Assembly (NCBI GenBank): GCA_050084515.1
Contig: CM114271.1
Location: forward strand, 27,466,001-27,530,000
Origin: Blasia pusilla
Taxonomy: Eukaryota
Direction: 5' to 3'
Length of the DNA: 64,000 nucleotides
Both the position numbers and the translations under genes were made by a program. This document shows positions 1-12,050 of the stretch, piece by piece (the stretch's first letter is position 1; every line of letters starts with the position of its first letter). A model generated the notes under the pieces. The model was not told the origin of the DNA. It ran no database searches and saw only the letters and a program-made list of their open reading frames with translations.

Positions 1-1500
1 CTTTGGCTATATCAAAAGAGATTGAAGAAGTGGTAGGTTCTCTCCCACAAGTTGCGCTTTTATCACTACTTGTATCATTAACAAAAGAGAAATCGCATTG
101 CTTGCAAAGCATCAATACGTATGTTTGATGAATCCAAGAAGGAATAGGAAAATTGGAGTACAAGAAACAACTCATTTTTTCTAGGATGGAGCACTCAAGA
201 AGGACATGGATGTAGCCATGATGTGTATTTGAATGGCATATTAGGCAAGGAAATGTTGGACAGTCTCTCTAAACATGTACTGCAGTCCTACAAATAAAAC
301 ACCGCACCTCTTGTTGGTATGCATCATTTCCTTTCTTTCTAAAATCACCTTTCAAGACAAAAAAAAATTATTAAATGTCACATCTATGCTCACAACTATC
401 CAATGTGCACTCGGATCCCATATCATGTATTACTTCCACAAAGCTCCCATATTTGAGGAAGATAGGCTTCCTTGATTTTAATTTGCAATTTTTCTGACCA
501 CATCATCCTAGGATTTTTCCAATCAAAAGTAGTAGAGGGTGAATGATTTACCAAAATGCATAGAGTGTCTACTTCCTTTGCCCAAAAACTCTTCTCCAAT
601 ACAACATTGTTGATCTTATTCGTTGCTCTCTCCAACACTAGAAGCAATGTATTGTTTAGACACTAGCTTTTACAATTAGTCTTGGTTGTAAATCAGAGAT
701 TATGAATAATGACCAGATATAAAACTAACAATATTGTAGTGTTTAAGGACTTGGCGTATTGGATTCCCAGTTGTAAATAGACTTATCATCAATCTTACAT
801 GGCATGGTGGCAAGATATGACTTTGATATTTTGACACTAGATAGAGTAGAGTCATCAATTTTATGAGAATGATATGGCTCTAGTGACATGATGAGATAGA
901 GTGTAATAATGTGTAACACGTGCATGTATTTTAGATTCTTTAGTTGGACATTAGTATCATAAGTAATTAATTCACTAATATTCGTCTCAAAATAAGTCAC
1001 ATGTCCATATTTTGGTGTGCCATGTGGATTGTGGAGAACTATATTTAGTTGTAAATAAATGACATTTGTCTCTAATAGCTTATGCTTATCTGGTGAATTC
1101 CTACTTTAGAGACTATGGTCAGTTATCTTATGATTAGTTTTGGTTGTAGAATGTTAGGTGTAGTTGTAAATTGAGGCATATGACCAGTTTGGTACTTAAT
1201 GTAGTTGTATGGAATACCAAAACCAATCATCATTCTCATTTGAGAGTATGAGAGTATAAATGCCAACTTTCAACATTAACATTCTGTATGAGTGAATGTC
1301 CAGCAAGGATGTATTTTGTAGTTTCGTAGAATGAGTTGACATCGATATCTCAATTATGTGTCCACATTGTTTTTCGCAACCACAATTTCATGGACGCCAA
1401 TCCTTGTGATGTCTAGGATGAAGTAGTTGGAAATGTTGCAAATGTGTACAAGAGCTCTCTATGCTCAAAGCCAAGAGTCATCACATTGGCCATAGCAAAC
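1..1500 (-). mobile_element. Degenerate Ty1/Copia pol remnant (integrase region)
   Basis: ORF 423-647 reads LEKSFWAKEVDTLCILVNHSPST..WKNP (Copia integrase FWAEAVNTACYLVNRSPS); downstream WDPSAHWIVVSIDVTF; many stops. Boundaries approximate. Confidence 0.65.
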
Positions 1501-1677
1501 TGAATATCCTCTCAACTTCTCAGATTACTTAGGGAAGAAGAGTTGTCTATCAGAGAGGAGAAAAACTTGTGGGAGCCTTTAGGATCCAAATCTTGTCTTC
1601 ATAGTTGTCTTCTCTTCATCTTCTTCTATAATTCAAATTTGATAATACCCTTGCCTTAGGTTAATCTTGGTTAAATA

Positions 1678-1803
1678 TGTCGTGCGCATACACATCGCTA
1701 CACAACATACATCGCTGTCACCGAACACACACACAAACACGTATGATCCCATGCTAACTCATGGCATCCAAACAACGAGACAAGAAGTACCAAAATATCT
1801 CCA
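1678..1803 (-). repeat. Terminal repeat segment A2 of copy 1
   Basis: Near-identical direct repeat of 2321-2446 (tgtcgtgcgcatacacatcg...aaaatatctcca). Confidence 0.92.
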
Positions 1804-1805
1804 AT

Positions 1806-2318
1806 AAAGTAAGCTCCAATCTCTCTCTACACCATCTCACACCATAGCTCTCAAAGGTGTGCACTCTCTCTCATGTCAAACCAAACCCACTCTCCTAATG
1901 AGAGGCTTGGGTTACACTTACAAGGCAAGGTACCATAGCTCCGCCGCCTCATGCCAAGAGGTTCAACAAAGAGAGAATGAGATCTCAGGCTCTCTCTCCT
2001 TGAGGTATACGCCTCCCCTCTCCCAAGCTCTCTCCATGGTAACCTATTCTCCCAAGTCACCTCCTTGGCTCTTGACCTGATGAAGGAGGTCAAGGGCCAA
2101 TTAACAAAAATAGTAAGTCGATCATATACTAAAAATGGTACTTACCTAAAATAGTAAGTTCCTCAATATGGCTCCAAATGAGCCGAAACGAAGGGGAAAC
2201 CTGCTATCTCAGGTTTCCAAGGGCCTCAGTAGGTCAACCTCAACCTATTGGGCGTGTCCTCCACTACTCATGAAGGCGCTCTATTAGATCCCACCGATCT
2301 ATCCTAAAAGAGGTGACA
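1806..2318 (-). repeat. Terminal repeat segment B2 of copy 1
   Basis: Highly similar direct repeat of 12051-12563 (aaagtaag...cctaaaaga.gtgaca). Confidence 0.93.
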
Positions 2319-2320
2319 GC

Positions 2321-2446
2321 AGTCGTGCGCATACACATCGCTACACAACATACATCGTTGTCACCGAACACACACACAAACACGCATGATCCCATGCTAA
2401 CTCATGGCATCCAAACAACGAGACAAGAAGTACCAAAATATCTCCA
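2321..2446 (-). repeat. Terminal repeat segment A1 of copy 1, directly after the PPT
   Basis: Repeat of 1678-1803; on the minus strand it follows AGGGGGG-CAAT and starts with TG. Confidence 0.9.
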
Positions 2447-2450
2447 ATTG

Positions 2451-2458
2451 CCCCCCTA
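2451..2458 (-). promoter_or_regulatory. Polypurine-tract-like plus-strand primer site, copy 1
   Basis: Minus strand GCTAGGGGGG-CAAT-TG; same context in copy 2 (GCTAGGGGGG-CGGT-TG, ~27690-27704). Confidence 0.7.
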
Positions 2459-2628
2459 GCTGGTAGTTAGGTCCCTCTAACTCCAGATAGCCATCTATCC
2501 GTACCTACCATGACATACATCTCTCGGACGCTAAGAGCAAGAAGGCCGGGTGCTCATGTGGCCCCATCGTTAGTCGCCTCCTTGTCATCCATGTCACAGA
2601 GACAAGTCGGAATGTAGAACTACCTTCT

Positions 2629-3900
2629 CTATGTACATCTAGGACACATCCATCGTCCCTGAGGAACCCTAGTGAGAGGTGGCGTCAAACATGCCATATG
2701 CCATCCTCTCGAACACCCATCACAGACTAGCATCGTGGCCGCACCACGGGCAGAACCACACAACATACAACGCAAGCCTGTAGGAACTACTGCTAAGCTC
2801 GGATCTACTCTACGATCAATGTTAGGAAGGTGACATGGTGCACAATTACGCACATGGTCCTTCCATACCATACCATCGCGTCCCTCCAGCAAGAGAACAC
2901 TCGAAGGCAAAATGTCACGCACTCTCAGGATAGTGCGCCCTGCAGTCACATCCAACGTCGTCGGTGCCGTCTGCTGCAAGTAGACATAATCTCCTTGATG
3001 AAACCTCCGGATAGTTGGTCGATAACCACCACCTCGAATAGTCGCATACCTCAACGTATCCCGATGCTGTGCAATCGCCAAGTTCTCGAACGCCATGGGC
3101 ATCACTCTCCGAAATAACTCAGCCCTCTGAGAACATGCTCGCACCCATACATCTGGGTCATCAAGGTTGACATCTCACCAAGCATCTCGACGAATGGCGA
3201 GGTAAATCTGGCTCGGCCATAAAGTAGCAAATACGGTGAAAAAGACGCTAAGGATGCCTGCTGAATCTGTATCCCATCGCCAACCATGGCAACTGGAGGT
3301 CCCAATCTCCTAGGTGACCTCTCTGCAAGCCATACTTGCGTAAACCCCTCTTCACCGTCTGCACAACTCTCTCCGCTAATCCATCCGCCTCACGATGATC
3401 TCGCGAAGTCGCGGCGGTGGTCGATCGGCCTTTGATCACACAAGGTCCGGAACTCACCGCAAAACTCGGTACTGGTCTATCAACACCTCAGCCGGTGAGC
3501 CATAATGACTCAGCACTCTGTCAAGGAAGGCATAAGCTACTCCCTCACTTGCTTTGTCAGGCAATGCAACCAACTCGATCCACTTCGAGAAGTGCTCGAC
3601 CATCATCAACACATAACGACTGTGACGCTCCGTCAAGGGCAAAGGTCCTGCAAAATCCAAACTCCATCTATACCCTAAGCCCATGATCGGTAATGGATGC
3701 AACTGTGGAGTCGGAGCATTGAACGATGCTCGGACCCGATCACACACCATGCACTTGGCAACAAACTGCAGAACGTCAGTCTGCATGCCTCGCCACCAAT
3801 ACTGAATCTGGAGCAAGCTATACGTCCGCTTCACCCCAAAGTGACCCAACTCCTCATGGGCATGCTGCACTAGTCGTGCTCTCTGCAAAGGATGTGGCAC
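2629..3900 (-). pseudogene. Gypsy integrase with C-terminal PHD finger (frameshifted)
   Basis: HAHEELGHFG...CMVC zinc finger, WSLDFAGP, VLIDQ, DGLAERVVQTVK; PHD CMLC...LVCDGCSRGWHMACL...VPQGRWMCPRC at ~2630-2770. Confidence 0.9.
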
Positions 3901-4329
3901 TACGCGTACTCTGCCATCCTCCCAAACCCTCAAAACATGTGTCCCCTCCCAACGGAACCGTCTGGCCCGCTGTAGGATCCGATCCCGCTCTATAGCATCC
4001 ATGGTGCTTGCAAGGCTGGCAGTACGAAGGTACTCTAAGACTACTCCATCATCATGAATATCTCGGCCACTTGTCGTGTCCTCACTGGCCTTGGGATCCA
4101 AGGACTCTCTACTAGACCTCGCCATCGAAGTCTCCACACTCTGGCTCTTCATAGCCAACATGCCTAAATAGGCTGACGCGTGCCATCCTGGCACCGACTC
4201 CTCATCACTCTCTCCATGCCATCGAGATCCAGTCGCATCTCGCTGACTCGGGCATGGGTTACGACTCAACCCATCTGCATCCAGGTTGAGCGTCCCAGGT
4301 CTATGTACCACCTGAAAATCATACTCCTG

Positions 4330-5696
4330 CAACAACAAAGCCCATCTCGCAAGCTTCCCTGTAAGCAGCCGGACTCCATCAACCACTTCGGTGGTTGATG
4401 ATCGATGATGATGGTAAAGGGTTGCCGAATAAATAACGTCTAAAATGCGCGACGGCCCACACCATGACCAAGCACTCACCCTCATACGAGTTGTACTTCG
4501 CCTCTCTGGCGTTGTTCGAGCGGCTAGCATAAGCCACCACGAACTCTCTACCCTCATCATCATCTTTGGGTGAGCACCGCTCCAAGCCCCAACATGCTCC
4601 AATCTGTGTGCAACTGGAAAGGACGCCCCCTGATCGGTCTCCTCAAGATGGGTGCGGACGTCAACCTGTCCTTGAGCAATTGAAATGCTCGCTCCTACTC
4701 ATCCCCCCAGTGCAACTCGTGATCCACCTTGGTCAGCAAGGTCAGCGGCTTCGCAATCGAACTGAATCCCTTGACGTATCGCCGATAGAAGTTCGCCAAT
4801 CCCATGAATGCGCGAACACGACTCACATCTGTAGGGCGTGGAATGCGTGAGATAGCCTCTACCTTCGTCTGCTGAACACCAAGGCCCCCTCGATATATGG
4901 TATGACCCAAGTACTCAATCTGGTCGCAGAAGAACTTGCACTTGCCTGGATGTAGCTTCAGCCCATGTAATTGCAATCGTCAAAACACCTCCTCTAGATG
5001 TTGCTCATGCTCCTCAAACGTGGCGCTAAAGACTACGATGTCATCAATATAACACCTAGCAAAATCCAGACCAGCCAAGATCCTATCCATGACCCTCTGA
5101 AACTCAGCCGGGGCGTTCTTTAACCCAAATGGTAAGAACCGCCACTGGTACAAACAATCCTTCCCGTGAGGATCCATGCCCCAAAATGCCGTCTTCTGCC
5201 TATCCTCCAATCTGATAGGCAGCTGATGGTACCCCGCTCGCAAATCCAATGAATTGAAGACCTTTGCATGACCAATCGCATCAAAGATCTCCTCAGGGGT
5301 GGGCATGGCATACCTATCGGACTTCGTCTGCCGATTGATAGGTCGGTAATCCCCACACATCCGCCTATCCGTCCAATTGCCATGCACATCCTTCTTGGCG
5401 GGCATGACAGTGGCAGATGCATACTCCCCATGCGACATCTCCACTAGTCCTGCTCCGACCAAGTCCTGGCTCCTACTCTGAATCAGAGCCCTCTCCATAT
5501 CACTGTACCTATAGGGTCGTCGGAAGATCGGCATATCACTCGACAACTCAATGCGGATCCACGGTCCCTTCAGCGTACCCAAATCCTCCATGCTAAACGC
5601 AAAGCAGCTCCTATAACTCCTAAGGAACTGATGTATTCGGCGCCGCTCTCCTCCTGTCAACTTAGGGCCCATATCTGGCTCCCAAGTCTCCATCAT
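4330..5696 (-). pseudogene. Gypsy reverse transcriptase and RNase H (frameshifted)
   Basis: RMCGDYRPIN, SLDLRAGYHQ, LPFGLKNAP, YIDDI; RNase H VVAYASR...YNSYEGECL, KLARWALLLQEYDF. Confidence 0.95.
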
Positions 5697-6039
5697 GACT
5701 ACGGTAGGACTCTCCGGCGCGGGTATCGGTGGTTGCTATGATGCAACCCCGTCTCGAACAACAACACTTCGGCCGCTCTCCTGCAGCCAAGCGCAAACTC
5801 GATCTCCTCCACGTCCGATTGCCCAAAACCACGCTCGATGTTGTGGCTATCATCTCCTTGCGTACCTTCAAAACATCCCAAGAAGTCCAAGGGTGTCTCT
5901 CCCGATCTCCCCTGGTGCGTAGATCTCCTCGGGTCTCGCCCCCAGCCACTACCTCCACCGTCTCGGTAGGCATGGGGCTCACCAACGCAACTTGTGATTG
6001 TGATCATCGCGATCTCATACGACGCTGCTCGCCACTCCC

Positions 6040-6990
6040 AAGCCGAGGATCCATGTCAGCGATTTAGGTCCATCTCTGACCCAAGACATGGCGTCGTGAT
6101 GCCCTCGACATCTTGATGGTACTGCGGTCACTCCTGTGGGAAATCACATCGCTCGCTCTCTCTCGTCGGCGTTGGGCTCCACCAACCGCTGAACCTGGTC
6201 ATCCCAAACCAAGCCAGGACCGGCCTCCTTGTATGCATAGGAAGCGGGAAAACTCACAAACATGGGCAAGGCTGCCCGCGGCCTGCCTACCCTATTGACC
6301 ACAGTCAGCGGTGGTCGATCATCGTGCCTCATTGCCTGTGATCGACGACCTGGATCCAGAATGGAATCCTCTAACAAAGGGGAGGGGCGCTCCACTCTCG
6401 CATAGGCCCTCCATAACACCGCATGGGGCACCAAGTTGGTCCACCATAGACGCGGGCGATGGGCTCTAGAACCTACACTCGCCGCATCCAAGAACACTGC
6501 TGGGCCAATCCAGGCACGCACCTAATGAGCACTCGTCACGACCCGTGACCTGGAGTCTCCTAAGATCGGCACATTCTCCAGAATGTAGGATGGAGAACAG
6601 GCGGGCGCTCTGCAGCTCTTTGTAAGACCCTCACAATCTCCCAAAACAACTTTGGACCGAGTGTGACCAACCCGCTGCCTCGTCCGAAGACTCGATTGTA
6701 CGACATGGCCAATCGGGCAATGACCAAATCAATGGTCCCTACCGCTCTAAGCCTGCGCCCCAACAACAAAATATCCCTCGGTAGGGAACCTGTTACCAGA
6801 TCTGGACTTGCATGAACAATAAGTCGGGAAAACGAGGCGTAATTGCGCCACATGTCATAGTGAGACGCGCCCGCAACATCATCACTCTCCACATACAAGT
6901 CTTGTTGTACTCGCACTCCTGCAAAAAAAGACTAACCCAAAGTGCTAATCCCTCCAAAGAGATCTAACACTCGAATACCCTCCTCGGGGT
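6040..6990 (-). pseudogene. DNMT3-like C5 cytosine methyltransferase domain inside pol (frameshifted)
   Basis: PEEGIRVLDLFGGIST (motif I), IDLVIA../WPC (IV, frameshifted), LFWEIVRVL, YILENVP (VI), AHRPRLWWTN (VIII), DERERAM (IX). Confidence 0.85.
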
Positions 6991-7299
6991 ACACCACACA
7001 ATGGGTGTGGTATCCAAGGGTGTCATCGTAGCACTCCTGCTACCTTGGGTTCCTCGGACCCCTCACGCTGGTGCAAACGCCTCGCTCCACGCGGTCTTCA
7101 CGTGCTCATCTGCCAATCGTTGAAGCTCCTCAGCGGCACCTCTCCTCCACGGAATGATGCAGCTCCCATAACACTCCTCTCCATAGAAATGTCAGGAACG
7201 GGAGTATCCTCTGCATGGACATGTCCCTCAATCAAATCACTAGGCCAAGTGAGGGCACTTTGCTAAATCTTTGCTAGGTCGCCATCTCTCTGGCGTTTC

Positions 7300-7760
7300 A
7301 TCATCCGCACTTGTGAATCGAACGGGTAATGAGCTAAGGCGCCCATCACCGATCGCCATCCAGTGCAGAGGGGCCGACTCCTCCCAAGTAATCAAGGAAA
7401 ACCCCATCGGGTATAACACTGCTCCACCAACCAAGACGTCGTAGGACTCAGCATCAGTCACTATCGCCTTGGCGCGCACCACGGACTCATCTATAGGATG
7501 TCCCGGGTGAATCCTCACCATGACCTCCTGTCGGGTGATATACTGTGTGGTACTCGCTCCACCCAAGGATGTCTGTATCCGAAATGGACAACACTCCACA
7601 TCGGCTCTCGTCAAGCCCAATCCTCTGAATGAAGCTTTCCCCAACATCAAGGGTTTCCCCGACAAGATGCGCTGCGGACTAAAAGCTCTACCTCCAGGAC
7701 TCGCCAACTGGAAGACCTCTCCTCGGTTATCCAGCAACACAACACCAGGAGAAGCCATGG
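7300..7760 (-). pseudogene. Aspartic protease region of copy 1 (active-site motif partly deleted)
   Basis: VLLDNRG...RILSGKPLMLG...YDVLVGGAVL; homologous to the intact VLLDSGAQPLMLG of copy 2. Confidence 0.75.
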
Positions 7761-8399
7761 CACGCTCTATCGCGGGTCTAGCGGGCATCTCCGCCATCCT
7801 AGCAGCCGCAGCCTGCCATGAATCTGACGTGGACGGCCTGAGCATCCGCTCCAAGGGCAGGTCCATCACCTCCTCTGCAATCACCTCCGAACATGATGCA
7901 GGAACTCCAACTCCGCGCTCACATAGTGAAGCGGCCAGCCGAAAAGCCTCGGCAGGCGTACCCCCCAACGTCACAACATCGGAAGCAGAAAATAAAGGAG
8001 TGCAGTACACAATGGTGGCCGCCCCCAACAACGTGCTCGACACATGCCCCTCCTGAGCCTCAACAATAGGAGTCGTCGCACTTGCTTCTCCCATCGCCCT
8101 CCGTGCCTGCATACCAGCAACATTACCAACTCTCCAAGAACTTTGATGAGGACCCATCGGTGGGGTCCTCATCGCTTTGGACAACGTGAAAGATTGAGGA
8201 AGCCTAGTCAAATCTTGGCTTCCCCTCATTTGTGGATCAACTCTGCGGCCGCTCCTCCATGCGTCACAAGCTGCGGCGGCCTCCATGTGGGCAACCCCGC
8301 ACATCCATCCGGATCCTCCGGATCTCTGGCGCTCCATATGATGTCGATGCCCACGGATCCGGCATCGGGTAACCTCAATGCCATAGCGGCAATCTGCTC

Positions 8400-10250
8400 C
8401 TCGTAGGCCGCAGTATCGGCGACCATCCCAGCCTCACGTCTGGCATCTCCCTCGGTGCGTCTAGGTGGTGGTACTCTACCTCCTCCACGGGCAGCTCCAC
8501 CACCCTATCGGGCAACTCCAGCTCCTCGTCCCCTAACGGGACCACCTGGTGCACGATCTCTAGGCCCACCCGGACCGGCTACTCGATTTGGTGCCCTCTC
8601 GGCCTCGGTCGGACATAACTTTCAGATGTAAACTGAAACACCTGGCGCGTGTATGACCATACCTCTGACAATAGTCACAATGATAACCTCCTGGTGTAGC
8701 ACTATCTCCTCCTCCATGCTGAGGCACACGTCCATGACCCTGACGAGTGCAATCGCGCTGATGATGGGCTCCATCACATGACCAACAAGTAATAGTAGGC
8801 GGCTGCAGCTGAGCCGCATATGAAGGCGCAGGTCTCTGTGGCACGGCCTCCCGGTATCCTCCCTGAGCTCCTGGTGCCACAGTCGACCTATGTCATGACC
8901 ATACGGATTATGTCGTAGAGTATGGTGTGCTGGTAGAGGCCATTCCTTATGTAGGACCGTAGTGGCTTGGTAGAGATGCGGTTCCATCCATAGGGTTGGG
9001 GGTTACTCACTTGGGGGTGACTTTCCCAGTAGGGCCCGCTCTTAGGTTGGAGGATATAAGGTGGCTTGCCCTCAAAGAACAGTCAATTCTTTGAGTTGAG
9101 CCTGTTGCGTTGGGAGTTAGCCTTGGTAGTGAGTAGAGCTCTTGGCTATGGTGTTTCCCGCAAGCTTCGACCTAGATTCTCCCATCGTGGAGTGGGTTTG
9201 GCTCGATTGTATGTGATTTAAACGTGTTTTATGACGATGAGGTCTTTCACGGATTTCAGTTGTGGTACACTTGCGTTTGTGGATACTCTCGTCTATGTTA
9301 TGTATGTATGTGCGTATGGTATGTCAGCGATGTATGTTGTATGACGATGTGGATTCGCACGACACCTATCTCGGAGTCCACGTTGCTGCACAGGTGGTGC
9401 AGACAATCGTGACTGCTCTCGCCTAGAACCCATGGTGGCTACGCTCTCCTCCGCCATGTTGCGCTCAATGTTCTCGGCGGTCCTAAAAACATCTCTCAAC
9501 GTAGGGGAGGTGTTCATAAGAAGCACCCCCTCCCGCACCCGTGTCCGCAGGGTCCGGTCCAGCATCGCGTACCATGATTGGATAGCCTGAGCCTCTGTCA
9601 CCCCTTGAGTGACGTCGATCAACCGGCGCAAGCAAGTGTAAGCCTCACGCAAACTCTCATCCAGGCGCCTCTAGAAGTCGTGGATGCTCCGCAACTTCTC
9701 CGTCCGTACCCCCTGGTAGCTCGCCCTCAACTCAGCAAAGAACTCAACCACAGGGTTGAACCTGGGATGGCCCCGACTAGATGGGCAACTGCTCCCATGC
9801 GAGTGACTCCTCCTAAAACGTCACTAGTGGAAGAGGCAATAGCCTCTCCTGACTCCTCCTCCTTATCTGGGAACGGCTCCGTCCATGACACATAATGTGG
9901 GTCATAGTAGAGCCTCCACGCCTCGATCTCACATGCATATCTCTAAGAGAACTCATGGTAATCGTCCATGGGCGCCCCCTCTAAATGCTGGAACATACCG
10001 TTCCATGCTGTAAATGGGTTGAACTCTCTAGAGTTTCTGGCCCATTGGGAGTCGCACCAACTCCTAAACTCGCTATAAAATCGTGCAACTCAATCGTGCC
10101 CCTCTTTTGCACTGAAAACCTACGTGGTCCTCTATCCCGGTCGTCCATCTCGTACGCCCGACTGGTAGGACCATTCACAACGTGTGGCGATGTGCTCACA
10201 AACTCCTCTACACCCTCCCCTCGTCGGCGATGACACGAGGAAGGAGGTGA
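8400..10250 (-). pseudogene. gag of copy 1 with two zinc knuckles, interrupted by an insertion at 8891-9364
   Basis: CWSCDGAHHQRDC and CDYCQRYGHTRARC; ESLREAYTCLRRL capsid-like segment; collinear with copy 2 gag. Confidence 0.8.
8891..9364 (+). mobile_element. Solo terminal-repeat element of a related family inserted in gag
   Basis: TGTC...GACA termini, 4-bp TSD CCTA (8887-8890 and 9365-9368); right end resembles the reverse complement of segment A (cgatgtatgttgt...cgcacgaca). Confidence 0.85.
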
Positions 10251-12050
10251 GGTGGTCCCTCACGTGGAGACCCTCGGAACCTCGCGCCACTCGCGTAAAA
10301 CCTCTAGAGCTACTCTCGGGTTCACCACCTCGCCTCTCAAAGTCCCGAACGGACTCCGTGATGACCCTCGTGCCCCTCTCACCTGATCACTCTGAACCTC
10401 GTGAGGAATCCCTCAATCACTCATCCCAAACATGCGGCACTCGATCTACACTCTCTCTCCCCGAGACGTATAACGTGCGGCAACACGTGGCGTGGTGCGG
10501 CAAATCGACCAGGCTATCATCTCATCGACAACCTACCCTCAACTTCGGACATCCCACACAGGTCTATGTCCCCTAGACCACATACATAAATGATGCTCTC
10601 AGCATCCACACACCCAATATCCCCAAATAAATCCCAGAATCCCTCACACGTGTAGGGTAAAGGACCAGAATGGGTAACCTGAACACATGTCGATGTCGCT
10701 CCTCAGCAACTGCAAATCTCGACCCCAACTTGATCGTGGAGACAACTCCTCCAATCAGCAAGTCATACTCCTCCCGTAGTGATGCTGCTCAAAACTCCTC
10801 GATAGACAATGCGGTCCCAGCGGAACGGTGCGGCGTTGCAGGCGGCACGGAACGGCTACGAACGGCACGGCCCTCGATGGTGGGATGCGGCACTCGGCGG
10901 CATACCATCCTCAATCAATAATAATCCCTCACTCTGCTCCACAATGACGGTGCGGCTCCGCGATCGAGACGGTGCGGTGCGGCCACGAGCGGCACGGCGC
11001 GGCAATCGGCGACGCGTTGCGGCTACGGGCGTCACGGCACGATACTCGATCGTCGTCGAGCGGCTTCCAATCACAACATAGCAGCATGAAATCAAAACTC
11101 AAACACCATAACCGGAGGTCATCTGCCATCACTGGTTGATGAAGAAACTGCGATGACGGTGGCGGCCAAAACAAAGTACGTGCTGGCGACGCAAGTCAAG
11201 GAATCAACGAACGTCGTGGAAGACCACACCATGGAGAGCTTGGTATGAGATCTTGATGTGAGATTTCTTAGATTTATTGGGGATATTTTGGTACTTCTTT
11301 TCTCGTTGTTTGGATGCCATGAGTAAGCATATGCCTCCACTCCGTAATGGCGGCAATGGCACCCAAAGTGTGGACAATGGACGGTGGACCGTTGACAGTG
11401 ACGGCTGACCGCTGATGGTGATGGCCGACCGGTGACGGTTGACCATTGACGGTGACTATGATGGCGACGGCCGCCGCCGGTGTGGCGGCTGATTTAGGGT
11501 TTGCACAATTTAACCCTAAAAATCGCCTAGCAATGGCAGCTTTACAAGATTGACCCTAACTTTTTGCTCGCAACTCCAAATTGTGCACTATTTGTTGCAC
11601 ATCCTGCACAGCTTCACGATCTACGTGAGCATCAAAAAATATTTAGAATCGGACATTGCAGTAAAGATTGACGGGGACTGTCGTAAAGCCCAATGTCTCT
11701 TTCTCCTACACAAAATTCGGCAGCGCTCCCGCGCTGATTTCTCCCAACGAAAATGTAACATCTGTAAAAATACAAATCAGCAAGCTACATGGTGCTCTCG
11801 AGAGCACCAGCATGGGCAACCTGCCCCCATACTCAATCCCTATCAAAAATTGGGCAGCGCTTCCGCGCGCCACTCTTCCACACGAAAAATCGGTAAATGC
11901 AAAGAATAATGAAAGCAACCCTTGCTCCGGTGAGCACTCCCATGAGCCGCTGAACGGGGAACACGGTCCCCAACCTGCAAAAACAGCGAGTGACCAGAGA
12001 GCTCCCCCATGAAGCTCTCTCACTCTCTCATTCTCTCATTCTCTCTTTGT

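Noticed and set aside
1851-2093. ORFs within segment B, repeated at 12096-12349
   Set aside because: They are duplicated only because they lie in the terminal repeat; no protein motif.
7520-8056. Long plus-strand ORFs opposite pol (also 32523-33059 and 41018-41599)
   Set aside because: Antisense shadows of GC-rich coding sequence.
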